This document shows, piece by piece, positions 40,621 to 55,284 of a DNA stretch of 64,000 nt. Each line of letters starts with the position of its first letter. Positions within the stretch are counted from its first letter, which is position 1. The DNA comes from Kudoa neothunni (taxonomy: Eukaryota > Animalia > Cnidaria). The DNA lies in assembly GCA_964304625.1 (NCBI GenBank), contig OZ199839.1, positions 759,616 through 823,615 of the forward strand. Direction: 5' to 3'. The position numbers and the translations under genes are program-made. The notes below the pieces were generated by a model. It saw only the letters and a program-made list of their open reading frames with translations, was not told where the DNA came from and made no database searches.

Positions 40621-42123
40621 CAGCATTGTTTCCCTACACGAGGTGCGAAGAGCCGCCATTGGGGATGCGGGAGTCAGAAAAGATTTAAAAATTAATCGTA
40701 ATTTATTTGTTACGTAGTTTTTGTTAATTCATGCTTAAATCATATAATGACGTAATGAGTGTAATAACAGTTTCAAGTGTTTTAATCGATTAGTTTCTAC
40801 TAAAAAAAGGGATATGATAATTCATTTAATTTATACTTTATTTTACTTTATACTACGAAATGGGGCGTAAAGCAATAGTTTATATTAAGGCTATTCAACG
40901 TAAACAACTCATCACTCGTTATTTTCATGTAAAATCGTAATTTTAGTATCTTTTGAAGTAACCTATTTATAATCTTAAGTTGAAATTTGGTGGTTAGCAA
41001 TTTTATCCACTTTGAAATAAATTATATGTGTACAAATAAAACTGGGATGTTTTTTAATTTTGTCGTTTGTCTAAATTTGAGATCCATCATTTAATTGTAT
41101 ATTCTTTATTATGTAACATTTTAAGTTTTATGCTTTTATTTTACCTGGTCTCTGATATGAATTATACGTAAATTGTCTTTTAAATGTTAGTACAACGAAA
41201 ACCAGGGCATTCATTTATACGCTTAAATAAATGAATGCTAATTTTAACAGCGTATATTAGATAATTTTGTTCAGTTACATTTATTATGTATCTATTTTGA
41301 ATTTTATGAATTTTTCTTAGCCCACTGCCTCAATGTTTAAATTCAAATCTGACTCTATATAGAATAAGGAATTCGCTAGGATTATCCAGCGCGAGATGGC
41401 ATATGAAGCAGGCTTCTCGATTTTGTTGTATACGAATAAAAAGTATCAAAGTTCCTTGAACCACCCTTACGATTTTCATGTATTACTGAGCAACAATGTG
41501 GCACGTTTTGATTTACTTACCAAAAACAGGCGAGAGCGAGGGAGCCGTCAGATCAATTAAAGACCGAATAACATTTGTTTGGGAATATTATTTTTCGTGG
41601 ACTATATGGATTGGCTATATTTATTTGGTTTGTTTAAATTGCTCATTTAAGTACAGAATTTAACCAAACGAGTATAATTTTTTTAATTTAATATGAGATT
41701 TTTAGTTCTAATATTTTTAAATAATAATAATACTTTTTAATTAGAATTATTTATTATTTCACATAAAAATGATATTTTCAAACAGTAATAAACAATAGCT
41801 TCAATTGTTGAGTGCTAAGTCATGAGGCCGGGCAAGATATTATCGGTTTTCATTTTATCGTAGAAAATTGAGTTAACCAACAAAATTTTGTTTTAATTAA
41901 TGCATTTAAGAAACACATAGAAAAATTATCATGTTAAAATGCCAATTTAAATAAGAAAAAGTATAATGTTGAGACATTTTTACTGGTGTTATCACTTTCA
42001 TATTTAAATAAAAGGTAAAATTGAGTCTTGACTTTCACATGAAGGGGGGGGGGGGGGAGGGGTGCGAAGTGAATGTGGAAATTACCATGGGGGTACGAAT
42101 GTAAAATTTGTAGGGAAACACTC
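40621..42123 (+). mobile_element. Internally deleted Buster/Charlie hAT remnant
   Basis: Inverted termini TGTTTCCCTAC and GTAGGGAAACA. Region 41398-41548 translates to EAGFSILLYTNKKYQSSL...LSNNVARFDLL, a Buster-type C-terminus. Confidence 0.6.
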
Positions 42124-44472
42124 GTATACAGTAATGAATCGGTAATACGTAATCTCCTTGAGAATGATGAATTGGTACGTAATACCATTCCCGGACGGAC
42201 AGTACGTATTTACTTCAAATGCGCACAAAAATATTAAATCACAAAACTAGTTATAACTTAAATATTACCTAAAAGACAGTTATTTTTTGTTTAGATTATG
42301 ATTTAAAATTGAATAAACATCCTTAATAGAATGAGATTGTAGTTCTCACTTCATTGAGCCACAATGTTTAACCCTCTAACGGATTTGGTATGCATTACAC
42401 TCAACCCACGTTTAATGTGGGAATAAAATTTTACAACCTTCTCGTAGAAATTTGAAATTTACGCTATTGCCCTGTAATTATTAAACGTACCACACATCAA
42501 AAACTTGGCTAAAATATAAGTTCAGGTCATGCTAAAAAAAATTCCATCCACTAACGAACTTGAGGTGAAAAACGTCCCAAGGTTTTTTGCCTATATTAAC
42601 TTGAAAAATTATAAATAATTAAATGAGAAACTCCTGTAAAATTTCATAGACAAATTTCCACGAAAATCTACAATTAGTATCCCACCTAATCCAATGCGGT
42701 ATTCTTCGTCGATCGCTCGAAAGTTCCCGTTGATATAATATTGAGGTTCTCCTATCAGATGGACGGTGAAACACTGATGTTGTCAAATATATCAGGTTTT
42801 AATAATTAAAAAAATTTATTTGTAAATTAGAATGTTGAAGAATACTTCCTCGAAGATTTTATTTGAATTACGCGCCAATTTGGATTATGTAGAAAAATGG
42901 GATTATTTTAGCAAGAAGATTGGACTAGTTGGACCATTCTGGTGTGTGAATTAAGATGAGCGCTTTCAATGAATTTCTTGATGATATCCACTCCTTTAGT
43001 GATGAGTTTGATAATAACTTGTTTTTACACTACTTAACACAAGGCCTTATCACTCGTTGAAAATAATCCGCGATGAGTTAGTCGAACCATTCCGAACCAG
43101 ATTAAGTTTTGCAATAAATGTAAATTTACTCTAAATTCTATCAATAGAAGCTATTAAAAATCATCAAGTAAATTCAAAATTATTTTTCGAGTAAATTTAA
43201 GCAAAAAATAGGATCTGTCTTCATCCCAAGCCTCCCTGGAGGATGGAATTTTTCGCTAGCTTTGAGGGTTAAATAGTTGCCAAACTCTTCTAAATAAACT
43301 AAGGCCATCTTTTTAACGTTTAATACTTCATCAATAAAATTATCTCCCATTTCTGAACCTTCGGGAGCAGTCATTGCGTCATTGTTACTATTATGGATTA
43401 GAGAGGGCACCATTGTGAACCCCGCTACTGTATATCTACATGTATCTATGTTTATCCTTTGTATTTTTAACTAGATGACACATTGATGTAATCATAAAAA
43501 CCTGTTAACTGTTTAACTACGATAGAAAAAATAAAAAACACTTAGTTTAATTATGCAGGCAAAGCAAAAAATTACGGACGACCGATCTACCCGTAACTTT
43601 TTTTAATTTATTTTTCGTTTTTCAACGGTAATCATTTTTGTAAATTATTTTAAATGATGAATTTTAACATTATATAATTTTTAAACTCATTTAAAATATA
43701 AGTGAACCTTTGAATATATAAAATTATCAATATATGCACGACCGGTTCATTTCTGTATAATTTTTGCTATTTTTTATCACAATATTCGAATATTATAAAA
43801 ATTCCCTAAAATGAATATCTTATTTGAGTGTGAGTAAATTAATTCTAATCTGGCATTGGAACAAAAATGCCCACATTACAAATATAGAGCTAATGACCTA
43901 CGTGTTAAATTGTCTATTGCCTAATTTGCAACAATTAATGTTAAAACTTAAGTAAACCTAACCACGAATTTAAAAAAATTGAGAGAATCCATTTTTCTTT
44001 GAAGTGTAAATTTAATTTTTATTTCCAGATTAAATTAGTGGTTTGAGTGCAAACACTCCTTACGCCACTGAAGCACTGAAGGAGTTAAAAATTAATTAGG
44101 AATTGTTCGACGAATATATACAAGCTAGATATATAGATATACAGCGAAAGCGTGATTTACGTTAAAAACAAACCGAGTTTCCATTCGAGATAGAAAAGGC
44201 TCACATCTCCATCGTAAATTATACGTCTTAAATTAAAATGAAGAATAAATTCGGTTAACTTTCGCGGAGATGCATTACAATTTGTAATATTATAAGTAGG
44301 ACGAAAGTGTTTAATACGAACACGATACAACAAAAGTAAGGAATGGACGCCAAATAAAAACACAGATATATATAATAAGTGAGCTAGAAGCTAAAAAGAA
44401 ATGGAGAATGAATTTGATTACTAAGTGTGTTTGGAAGGTACATACACATTATATACAATCGGACGGAGGAGA

Positions 44473-47400
44473 TTAATGAAAACGCTGATTATTCATTTTG
44501 AAATTTTGAGGTTTGTTGACAGATGAGAATGAGTGACGTTGTTGGGCAAGGTTACTGTTATTGATCATCGTAACATTCCCAACATTATTATTAGAATCCT
44601 GTATGAATCTGTTTAATCGTTCAATTTTATATTGTTGCATTTTGTTGGAAAGTTGTTGGCGATTTAAATTGTTGGGATTATCAGTATTAACATTAGATCC
44701 TTGTATAATTCGTCTAAACTGCTCAAATTGTTGAGCTTGTTGCTGTTGTTGTCGAATATTTAAATCACAAGAATTAAAACTATTTAAATTATTCCGAGGA
44801 TTATTAGAGAAACCATTCAAATTGTCTATATTTGGCACGGAAGAAGAAACATTGTTTTGCGGTATATTCATATTGACGGAGTTTTGTTGTTGGATACAAC
44901 TGTGTATGTACTGTTTTAAAAGATTGCTATTTTTGGGATCAATCAACGTGGAAGAGTTTGATTGAAGAAAATTATCAGGAGGTTGTGTGTTGGGTATCTA
45001 TTATGATTAAATAAATCTCGCAAAAATTTAACATTGATAATTACATTATTATAATTATTTAAATTTCCTTGTGAAAAATGTATGCCTCTGTTATTATTTA
45101 CTCCATTAGTCGCATGTGTGTTATTATAAAGAGATGAATTGGAGGGAATGGATTTGACGCTATTAAGAGACGATATAAACGAAGCGGACGCTTTATCCAT
45201 TAGCTGTTTTTGATGTAATTGATTGGTCAGTTGTTGTACATCAACAATGTTTGACTTGTTAATCATATTTTGTTGCACCATGGAATTGAGCAATTGTATT
45301 GAAGCATCAAGCACATTATTGGTATCAACAAAAGAAGAATTGCTATTGTAAACATTCTGATCTTGTTGGATTCTATTGGGATTATTTGCGGCAGTTAAAT
45401 TGATGCCACGAACATTAGGGCCATTGAAACGTTGTTGTTGCTGCTGTTGCTGTTGTTGAACAGGAGGTAGCCTTTCAGGAGGGTTGCTAGAAGTTGCCAT
45501 ATTGCAAGGAACGTTGATAGAAATAGTGTTCCTATTTCCCGCGTTATTTATAACATTAGGGTTAAGTTGATGGACAACCATTTGTGGATTTGATGCGACC
45601 ATTTTGTTATCACGCATTGCGAAACCAGGATTAGTAACATTACCATTATTTGACTTATTGTTGCACACATAAGCTCCATTAAAGGCTACTTGGTTTCTAT
45701 TTCTATTACAATTATTCGCATCCATATTAATTCGAGTGTATTGATTGTTGTTTGCTTGATGAGGTATTTTTGCGGGATGTTGAGGTTGATTGCGATCCAA
45801 AAGATTATTTTTTGCAAAGAAACTAGATATAAGTTGGTTGAGATGATTCTGTACAGTCTGCATGTTTTGCGGCTGAAACTTATGTTTATTTTGAGAAATA
45901 TATTCTCGCAACATAAATAGCTCTTCACCAGATAAGTTTTTGAGTTTTTCAGGATCAATACAAACAACTGAATTATTGGGATTATGTTGGTTTACTGTGT
46001 TTCTACCCACATACAAATTATTTGGTTGTTGCTGTATATTATTGTTAATGTGTGGTTTTTGAGCGTAAACAATATTATTTGAACTATGGTGGTTATGTTG
46101 GTTACGTTGGTAGGAAGTAAAAGTGCCGCTGTTGTTATTAATATTATCGTTACTAGGAGTTCTATAGTTGTTTTGAGGATAGCCTGCACCGTTCAATGGC
46201 TGATTAATAGCCTGGATATTTGCTTTGTTATTCATGAGATTTGCCGCACGAATCTGCGATGGATTGATACTCAGATTATTCTGAGAAGAGAATTGTTGTG
46301 ATTTTACTGCATCAAGTTGACTGGTGTTAATTTGTTTGGAAGCTCCGCCAGAATCAAATTGCATTTTTGTTAAATTATGCTGAGAATTGTTGGCTAGATG
46401 TCGCTGATTCATAAACTGTAGACACATTGCTTTGCGTCTCTCATCATTATTAGATGCGGTGTTAGATGCTCCGCAATTCACAAAATTGCCAGAGATACCT
46501 GCACCTGGTTGACGTTGTTGGCTGGCTTGTAAGGCCTGATGTTCATTTAAATAAGTATTGATGCGACTTGATGCAGAATTGAACTGTGGGTTATTAGCGT
46601 TTAAGTTTGTAAGGGAAACAGTCGTAAAATTGTTTTTATTGCTAACACCATACAAATTGTCTCTACATTCCATCGAAATAGAGTTGTTTGTAGATGGGGG
46701 CAACTGGGGGTTGACGTTATAGTTATCATCACTAATAAACGCTTCAGCAAACAGGTCAGCACATTCCACATTTGACATTGTCTTATTGGGCGAGTTGTTG
46801 TTGGTTGAAGAGGACATATTAATGACGGTGCCATAATCGACACCTCCGCCATTAATAGGAGTACGTTCATAAGGAACTTCTTGATTTTGCTTGATTTCAA
46901 CCTCCTCAAGAGGAGTATGTGATGTGTTAATGGAAGCAGAGTTGTTATAATTAACATTAACATTAACGTGACTGGGTGGAGTGATATGGGGATTGTCAGC
47001 AGATTTATCATTCTTGGTAATCTGCAGTTGACATTCCTCTTTCAATTTAATTTGATTTTCCATCGAATGTTGTATTAAAGTTTTCAGATCGGTTGGCGGC
47101 CATCCATTCTTTACAGCGTCGGTACTATGTTGTTCGTGTTCAACATCTAAATAACAAATCAACGATTAATCAACTATTAATTTGAAACTAAACAGTTTCA
47201 AACCGAGCAATAATTACTGTGATTAGATTTAGCAGGTCGATAACAAAATGCAACTTCCGGTGTAAGCAATCCATCAATGTTTGTGGCAAGAGCAATTTCT
47301 TGAGCTTTGTGGCGTTGTTCCTCAGTGCATTGGAGAGAATTTAACGAATGGATGAGTGAGAGATAGCTGGTAGGATATCGAGAGGGAAGAGGTCCATGGA

Positions 47401-50400
47401 GACGATTTGGTTTGGGGCCTTTCCTACGGATTAGTTTTTGTTTTTTTCGGCACGAATCTTTCAACAGCAACTCAGTCACATAAAAATATCCATTGTCATT
47501 GTCTTCCAGTTTGACGTTGATTTTTTTGACGTTAAGCGAACAAATTTTCCAATAGGCTAATGATAACACTTGCATTCGATAGCTACAGTTCTAATAAAAC
47601 AAGCGCGCATATTAAAATGTTCATTTCACGATACCAAAATGAGTAGTTATTTGATCACTTACATTGAACATGACCACTGATAAGAGCATATCGTTTGATA
47701 CTTTGGATCGATGAGGTGAAATCACACACATTCGTCCAGTTGCTGACATTCTATAGCGATGATGAGGTACTCGATTGGAGGCTTTTTTTACTGGGTCTTT
47801 CGATTTTTGACAGTTGGTCAATAATTTCCGTAACATTGGTAATTTCAAAAAGCTATTCAAGCTCAAGATGTCACTTTTCGAATAATTAGTTTCATCTCTG
47901 AGAATAGCAGAAGGACATAAGGAAAACGAACGACTGCCTAAGCCTGAGTTGGTGGAGGTGTTTTGTGAACGCCTCGGTAATGCGTTTGTGGTGGTTACAT
48001 CAGGTTCAAAAATGGGCTGGTTGTTTATTGCATCGCACAATTCCACATCTTCAACACTAGTAAGAGACGACACAGCATCCCTACAGTTGGGAACTATGGC
48101 TTCGTCATCTGATTTTTTCAACTGGCTGGCAGCAATGCCATCAACTTTAGATGTTCTCCTCGAATCGGAGTCATTTTTGACATGCATCCTTCTCAAGGGT
48201 GAGAGAGTACTTGCCACGGCGACGCCTCTTTTACGATTCTTGATCTTAGAATCAGATTTAGTTTTGGAAACGCTTTTAATTTTTGAGTTGGTGCTATTGT
48301 TGTTTTGATTGGGTATGATGTTTCGAGACATGGGCTCTGCATAGTCGGTATCGTTGGCATCATCATACGAATAAGTGCTCGATTCGTCAGTAACATAGTC
48401 AAATTCAAGTAGTGATCTAGTATCACCGCCATCCTCATTGCTGTTAATGTCATCGATTGTGACAGGTTCAACCAGTTGATGCCATTCTTTGCTGGCTGAA
48501 GGTGGAGATAGTTTGGAGGGATTCTTGTTGGAAGATTTGTTTTTTCCGGCTTTATTTTTAGTGGATGATTGGCATGGACTGCCATTTCCAGATGATACAG
48601 GTTGACATTTGGAGACAACTGCGAGACAAGTTGAATTGTGGTTGCCGCTTTCGATGGCGGGAGTAGTGGTGAATTTTGGCAACGATTGATCTTTACTGCG
48701 ATTAAAGAAAGCCCTTGTTTTAGGTACTCTAAGAGGAAGTTCTTTGTATCGATGTCGATACAGGTGTATATTCTTAGGTGATATGAGGAAGGTGTCGGCT
48801 AGGTTTAATAGGTCGGTCATATGGTGTTTTGGGTAAGACTCATTTTTATTGGCAATGGCAGCATTAGCATTCGCAAACGAGGGCACGGAATCATTTGACA
48901 CAGGGGATACCCAGGTCGAATGTTCTTCGGCCTGTTTGTTACATTGCTCGAGGAATTTTTCCACACATGGTGTCAATCCATTTTTTTCTTTTAGTTTAGT
49001 GATTAAATCCACCAACTGGTTTGGATGATGGTACCCTGTGAAAACAGGGGTAAATATTTGTGAAGAAAGGTAAACCGCACAACAACAACAATATACAAAT
49101 GGCGTTGCGTACAACATATATTATTAAAACTGGAGAATTGTGTTGAGAAAATGCAAATAGAATTCTCGCACTATTTAAACTCAGTGGGTTAATTAACGCA
49201 TTAATGTAATGAGAATTCAAAAGAATACAACATGAGGGTTTAACTGTTTAAATGTGTGGGCAAATAAAAACACAGATGTGGGATAAATTTCAATCCATTT
49301 CGAACCACGCCATCTGCTAATCATTTAAGCCGGAATGAGTGAACAGATAAACTAGATTAATTGTTTGCGCCTAATAGATTGATTGTTCGAATTACACTCA
49401 TTTACCGAACAGATTAAAGCGCGGTTGAAATGTGATACCACCTACTATACCTTACACTCAACTAGAACCTACTTACTTACTTATTTAAAATACAATGGCA
49501 AGCGATTAAGCAACTAATTAAACAAACAAAACCCCCAATTTACAGTGTATTTACAGTGTATTTACAATGTATTTAGAGAGAATTTACAATGTATTGTTTT
49601 ATTAACGCCAATTGTATATGGATTAAATAAATTACACATATGCTTCACCACATTTGATGAGAACATCACCAACCCACACAATGCACATCGAACAGTGCTA
49701 TAGTGGCAATTGTTGTTAACTACAGCTGGAATTTGAAAATAAATATAAAATGTATAGAATGAAGTAGAAAGAAAAATTACAACAACACACGTCTGTGGAA
49801 AGCATTGATGTGTTGGTTGGTAGAAAAAAGGTACTCCTGCAAGTGGTGAGCCAATTCCCAACAGAATCTGAATTATCGTAATCCGCGCACTTACAAGTTG
49901 ATAAATGTTGATTGTCACCTAATAGAAAATCCAGATTAAATCTAATCCACTGGCATAAAATCCACAGTCGAATGTGCTCGTTATTGGATCACATTAAGGT
50001 GAAACCACAGCGTAAACAAAATAATCAACAAAGCAAACGTGTAATACCTCTTCTAAGTGAGATTTTGTTGTCACAGATGTATCGTTGGTTGGTTTGAGTG
50101 GAGCAATCCAAAGTTTGTCCTATTGATAATCCAATAAAAACAATAGAAGGATTAGCAGTGACAATGTCTAATTAGTTATATATTATTTTTGAATGAAAGC
50201 CCAATAAAATAAATTATTTAAACAACACAGCTGTTTGGATGAATTAGGCTGGTGGCATTAACAACAAAATAAACTGTTAAAAATCTCAATAATTAAATTA
50301 ATTCTATCGATTATAATCCACTTTAAACGATGTATTGATTAATTTATTACCACATGTATGAATGGTATCCAATGGATCGATTCTAGTTTCCATTGATTCC

Positions 50401-51491
50401 ATTTTATTCGCCTTTTCACACCATTCGTCTACATGGCAATATATCCAATAAAAATACCACCAACTATAGTATATAGTATTGATTCGATTGAATAATACCC
50501 GAGAAAATCTCTCTCCATGAAATCAATTTATTGTGTGTAGTTGGAGTGGGTTGGTTGATTTTTAAATATTTTTTTTCGCTGCCAACATCATCAGACATTG
50601 GCTCCATCGTGCATTTATTTGTGTGTGTGGAAAATTCCGATCAGCTATAATTAATAATGATATAATAGATCTAATACATGGTGGTAATAAAAATCATTAA
50701 TCCAGTAGAATTGTCTCGATAGAAATATTTTCTCAACAATTAATAACAATATTATCAGGTGGAATGTGTGTAATGGGTTAAAGGTTGATCAATCAAACAC
50801 AATCTTTCTCATACCGATTCGAAAACAGACAAGCTACCAAAATCCAAAATAGCAAATTCTATCACCGTAAACTATAGCCGTAATCTGACCTATTTCGCAC
50901 AGCTATTAACACTGAATCTTTTAAAATTCGAATGCTCACGACAACTAATCGGCTTAGATACCGTATAAAGATGTTTTTGCATTTATCGGTCGGTTACCGT
51001 GTTTCTATCAATTAATTATATTTGGAAATTAATTTTTGTAGTGCTATTATTGTGCACAAGTGTCCCACCAACTATAACCACACATATCCAATCATTCCAT
51101 CGGCAACGTCATTAATTTAATGATGCCAATTCAGCTTAAATCGGAATGAACTTAATCCGTTTAGTTTTGACGCTAATTAACATTGTGTTATTTGCTGGTC
51201 TATCTGATGACACACATAGATGTGCGTTTTTGCATCAATTCAGATATGCACCCTTATAATGCTATTTATGTATTATATAAAATTTGTCGCTAAACATGGA
51301 TTAACTACTTAACAATATTCGTAGAGCATTATAACAACACGTTAATCAGGAAATGTTTCTTTGTCTCAAATAATTATAATTATGTTGCTGACGTACTTTA
51401 TTGGTAACAAAACAATTGCTCACACCAAGAAACACACTGTTCCGAGCTCATTGATAACTATAACTGATAACTGCGCACACTTACCAATCAT
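44473..51491 (-). CDS. 1467-aa uncharacterised protein with large Asn/Gln-rich low-complexity C-terminus, 6 exons
   Basis: Four long ORFs are joined by GT-AG introns. Two inferred 5' exons (51485-51491 and the 24-nt 49895-49918) have GTAAGT donors. The total of 4404 nt is in frame. The 5' exons are less certain than the rest. Confidence 0.75.
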
Positions 51492-51637
51492 CAAATGATA
51501 CACTTTTAAAACACTGTTATCACTTAACTCAAGTATTATTGGTAGTCGTTTAAAATTGATATTTTATTCCTGTTTAATTCATAATTGAAAAATCTCGTTT
51601 GTTTTTTATTTATCCGCCTTTCGGCTTTTCATCCACA

Positions 51638-51682
51638 GTCGTTAGAATCGGTAGAATCGTCAGAGTCGTTAAAATCGTTAAA
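51638..51682. repeat. Degenerate 9-bp tandem repeat (RTCGTTAGA-like, ~5 units) upstream of the Q/N gene
   Basis: gtcgttaga atcggtaga atcgtcaga gtcgttaaa atcgttaaa. Confidence 0.6.
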
Positions 51683-54600
51683 GTACCATATAGATAGGAT
51701 AGCTATACCAAATTAAGATTGTTGGAATAATGAATTATTAATTTTTATATTTTGGCCTGCGTATGAACAGCCCCAATCACACATATATTAAAATCCCCTG
51801 GGCATTGAGCTTTCTTTAAAATTTGTGGGTAATAATTTTTTAATAGGGTTTGTAAGTTTGTGATCAAGTGTCGGTATAAAATAGGGCAAATTTTTCGAAT
51901 AAATTACTATACATATTATACTATGCACTTTAGAAATTAATCGGCGTTTACACTGCGGCCCCATTCGTGGTATATATCATATCTACGGTGAAAATATACC
52001 GGTACAATATAATCACTGATAATGTATCACAATGGGTTCCATTTGAGTTATACTATCATTATATAATATTTCACCAAGTAATAAATAATCCACTCAATAA
52101 ACTATATAATCTCTTTTAAGATTATTTCTTAAACCATTAAAATACACATTCGTATTGAATAACTCTTTAATTGGAGTTTATTTGAACAAAATTAGGGGTT
52201 TAGGTGCTGTTTATTAATTCTGAGAATGGTCCTTAAGAGATTAAGATCGGATAAACTTTATCATAAGCTCACATTAAGTTACATTCGCTGAAATATTAGA
52301 GAATGAACCAAAACCCATTTTAATTTTATACAGTCGGTGACCGGTATTATTATTACACACGTCCGACTTTAAAAACTAAAAAATTCGGATATTTAAATGT
52401 ACAATAGATTATAATATTTTTTCCAATACATTCTTTAAGCATTTAAATCCAAATCATGTATTTAGGTTGAAAAATTAGCATAATGTTAATCACGTGAGTA
52501 GGCAGTTTGGTGCATTTTTCAGAAAAACGGATTAATGTGTTTTAATGGTTAGCGACGTTAAATCAAATGACAGAACGATGGAATAAAGCATAACACATCA
52601 AAATATTTTCACAATATCTTTCGATGAAAGGATGAATTTTTTTGTTACAAAACATTGAAACAAACTTTCAGTATTCACTCCTAATGGCACCTTATGAATG
52701 GAAACTAAAATTTTCAAAATGATTCAAATAACAGTTTATAGGTCATAATTCGGTTATTTATTAAAGCGGAATTAAAAAATATACAATTCTGATAAATAAG
52801 ATCGATCAATCTGGCCTGCGATACAATACGATGCGATGCGATGTTAGAGGAAGATATACATAAAATTATTTATCGGATTAAAATAATTAATTGTTTAAAT
52901 TTGAAATAGAACATTTATTTTTATGCCAGCTTACAAAATTCAATTTTATTGAATACCTATGCATATTATTACATACGCAAGTGAATAATTTCATAAAACA
53001 GAATTTGATCAATTTTTAACATTTCTATCAGCGGTTAAATATTCTATATTGTACCATAAGTTGGAGGGAAAACAAAAAGTATTGATGAATTAATAACACA
53101 ACATTTAATAAATAAGTTGTAAACGTTATTAGTAACCTCATTGGTCAATGTCTTTAAACCCTTTATTTCATAAGTGAAGAAGTAAGAAAATCTTTCTGTT
53201 AAAATATTAATCTTTTGGAAAGTTAGGTTAACATAATGCCCGATGAGTACTATTGTTAGACTTAGTTTGCGAGTGTTGAACTAATTCTATTATTCTCTTC
53301 ATAACTAAACTTCTTGTTCTCGGTCTGAAGATAACATATTAAGTAAAAATAGTAAGTTAAAATACTGAAGATAATTTTGATCAGCGTTCATCATCAAATT
53401 ACTGGGAAAAATTAAATAAAAATCCTATTCATATATAGCGTAACCATGTAAAAATTTCACGCTATCTTTAAAATACATCGAAAATTTATTTTTTATCCCA
53501 GTTGTAAACAATAGCTTAATGTAGTCAATATGCTCACATCCATAAATTTTTGAATGCACGCGCACCAATTTGACCAATTTGAATTTGACCAGTTTGACCA
53601 ATTTGGGTGCCAACTTCTCATTTTCAAAATTATTTAAAGCTGAGACTCAAAAAGAGGTAAAATAGATTGAGTTTTAGTATATATATTTTTTCTTGAAATA
53701 GATATATTATATAATTATAAATAATGAAAATAATGGTTGATTAAATAATACATACAAAAAATAGAAACTTGTTTATAGTAATTTCCTAACTTTTCAAATA
53801 CATTTATATATATTTTTAAATAGATAAAATCACTATAACATTTAAAACTATTTTAAAGAAAATATACAAATTCGAGCATCATGTAGGTACAATTTTTTCA
53901 CCTGCTCATTTAAAATTTAATTGAACATCGGACACTCAAAAATTTGGGGTTTTCCAACCTATTTCGTAATGTCTTTATAAATTTATAAATGGTCGATTTT
54001 GTAGGAAATTTTCGTCTTTATACGCATATAACTAAAATATTGAAAATGAGAAATAACTCTTCCCAATGTCTAATTATTCAATAATATACGAGGTAACAAT
54101 AATCAATAATCATAACGAGAAGTGAGTATGTTAAAGTCAAAAAAATAAACAAGTTTCTGACGCACCAAGAGAATTATTCCCGCAAATGGAAAAAGAGTGT
54201 ATTTAAGGGCCAACACGAAACGAATCAAAATTCTTAAATTCAATTGATGGAGGGTTTAGAATTATTATTATTATTATGTATTTTTTCTCAGTAAAAATTT
54301 TTTATATGTTTAATAGTTTATTCTTTAATGTAAGTCAATGTAGCCGATAAGCTTGACAACGTGATGAGATGGCTTGGAAAACCTTATAATAAAACAAAGC
54401 AAGGGAGTCTAAAAACGTAGCGACTCTCATTAAAATACGCGCTTCTAAGTAGTGAAGCGTCAAAGTTAATTTCTGAATAATTTTTTACAATGACACTTTG
54501 ACTAGAATGAATTTAGTCACAGGAATAATGAAAAGCAGAGTGTTGATCAGTACATTTTAGCAGAATCGACCAATATATTATATTTTTCTGTATAAAAATC

Positions 54601-55284
54601 GAATAGAACTCACAAAATATGATGTTACATATTGTTAACAATTGAATAAACGTGTAATTTTCCCTCATCATTTTAACTCATTCTACTACACCCATGCGTA
54701 TTACACATTAACTGAACTGTATATTTATTAATATTCTTTTTCATTCGAAGTAAATAGTTTCTTTTGGAATAAAGATCGAAAATGTTCCAATATTGGGGAA
54801 ATAGATAATTCTCAAATTAGTTAACTGTCATATTCAAATAACAAGCCCTCTTATATTGTGTATCCCGAATACATAACCGAAAATAAAATTATGGTAAATA
54901 TCATCTAGATTAGATGGAAGTTATATTCAAAATTAGAAATCAACAACCATACAAAAAAACGCTTGCTTCAACTCCTTGAGGAGTTAATCAATATAAGTGC
55001 TCCATTGTAATAAGAGAATTTGATGACCTTTTATAGAAACTAAGCTTTAAAATTTCTCAGAAAAATCTCTTTAAAAATAGTTCAGTTATCTGGAATGTCG
55101 TAAAAGTTGAAATAATACCAAAATTAATGAATGAATAAATTATGTGGAAATCTTAAAGTAACTCAAAGTCCCTTAAAAATTGTTTCACATTTGGCATTAC
55201 TCTTTAGTATTGTTTATATAAATTATTATCATCTTTACATTATAGTAAAGAGAAAGACAATAACTAATGCAGTGGATATTTTTA

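Noticed and set aside
45686-48618. Overlapping and antisense ORFs inside the Q/N gene (also those over the surface-protein, ETFA and MFS genes)
   Set aside because: These are shadow frames of real exons and have no recognisable motifs.
49045-49117. ORF-track start MLYATPFVYCCCC for the large protein
   Set aside because: It lies in pyrimidine-rich sequence upstream of a good acceptor at 49036 and is more likely intron.
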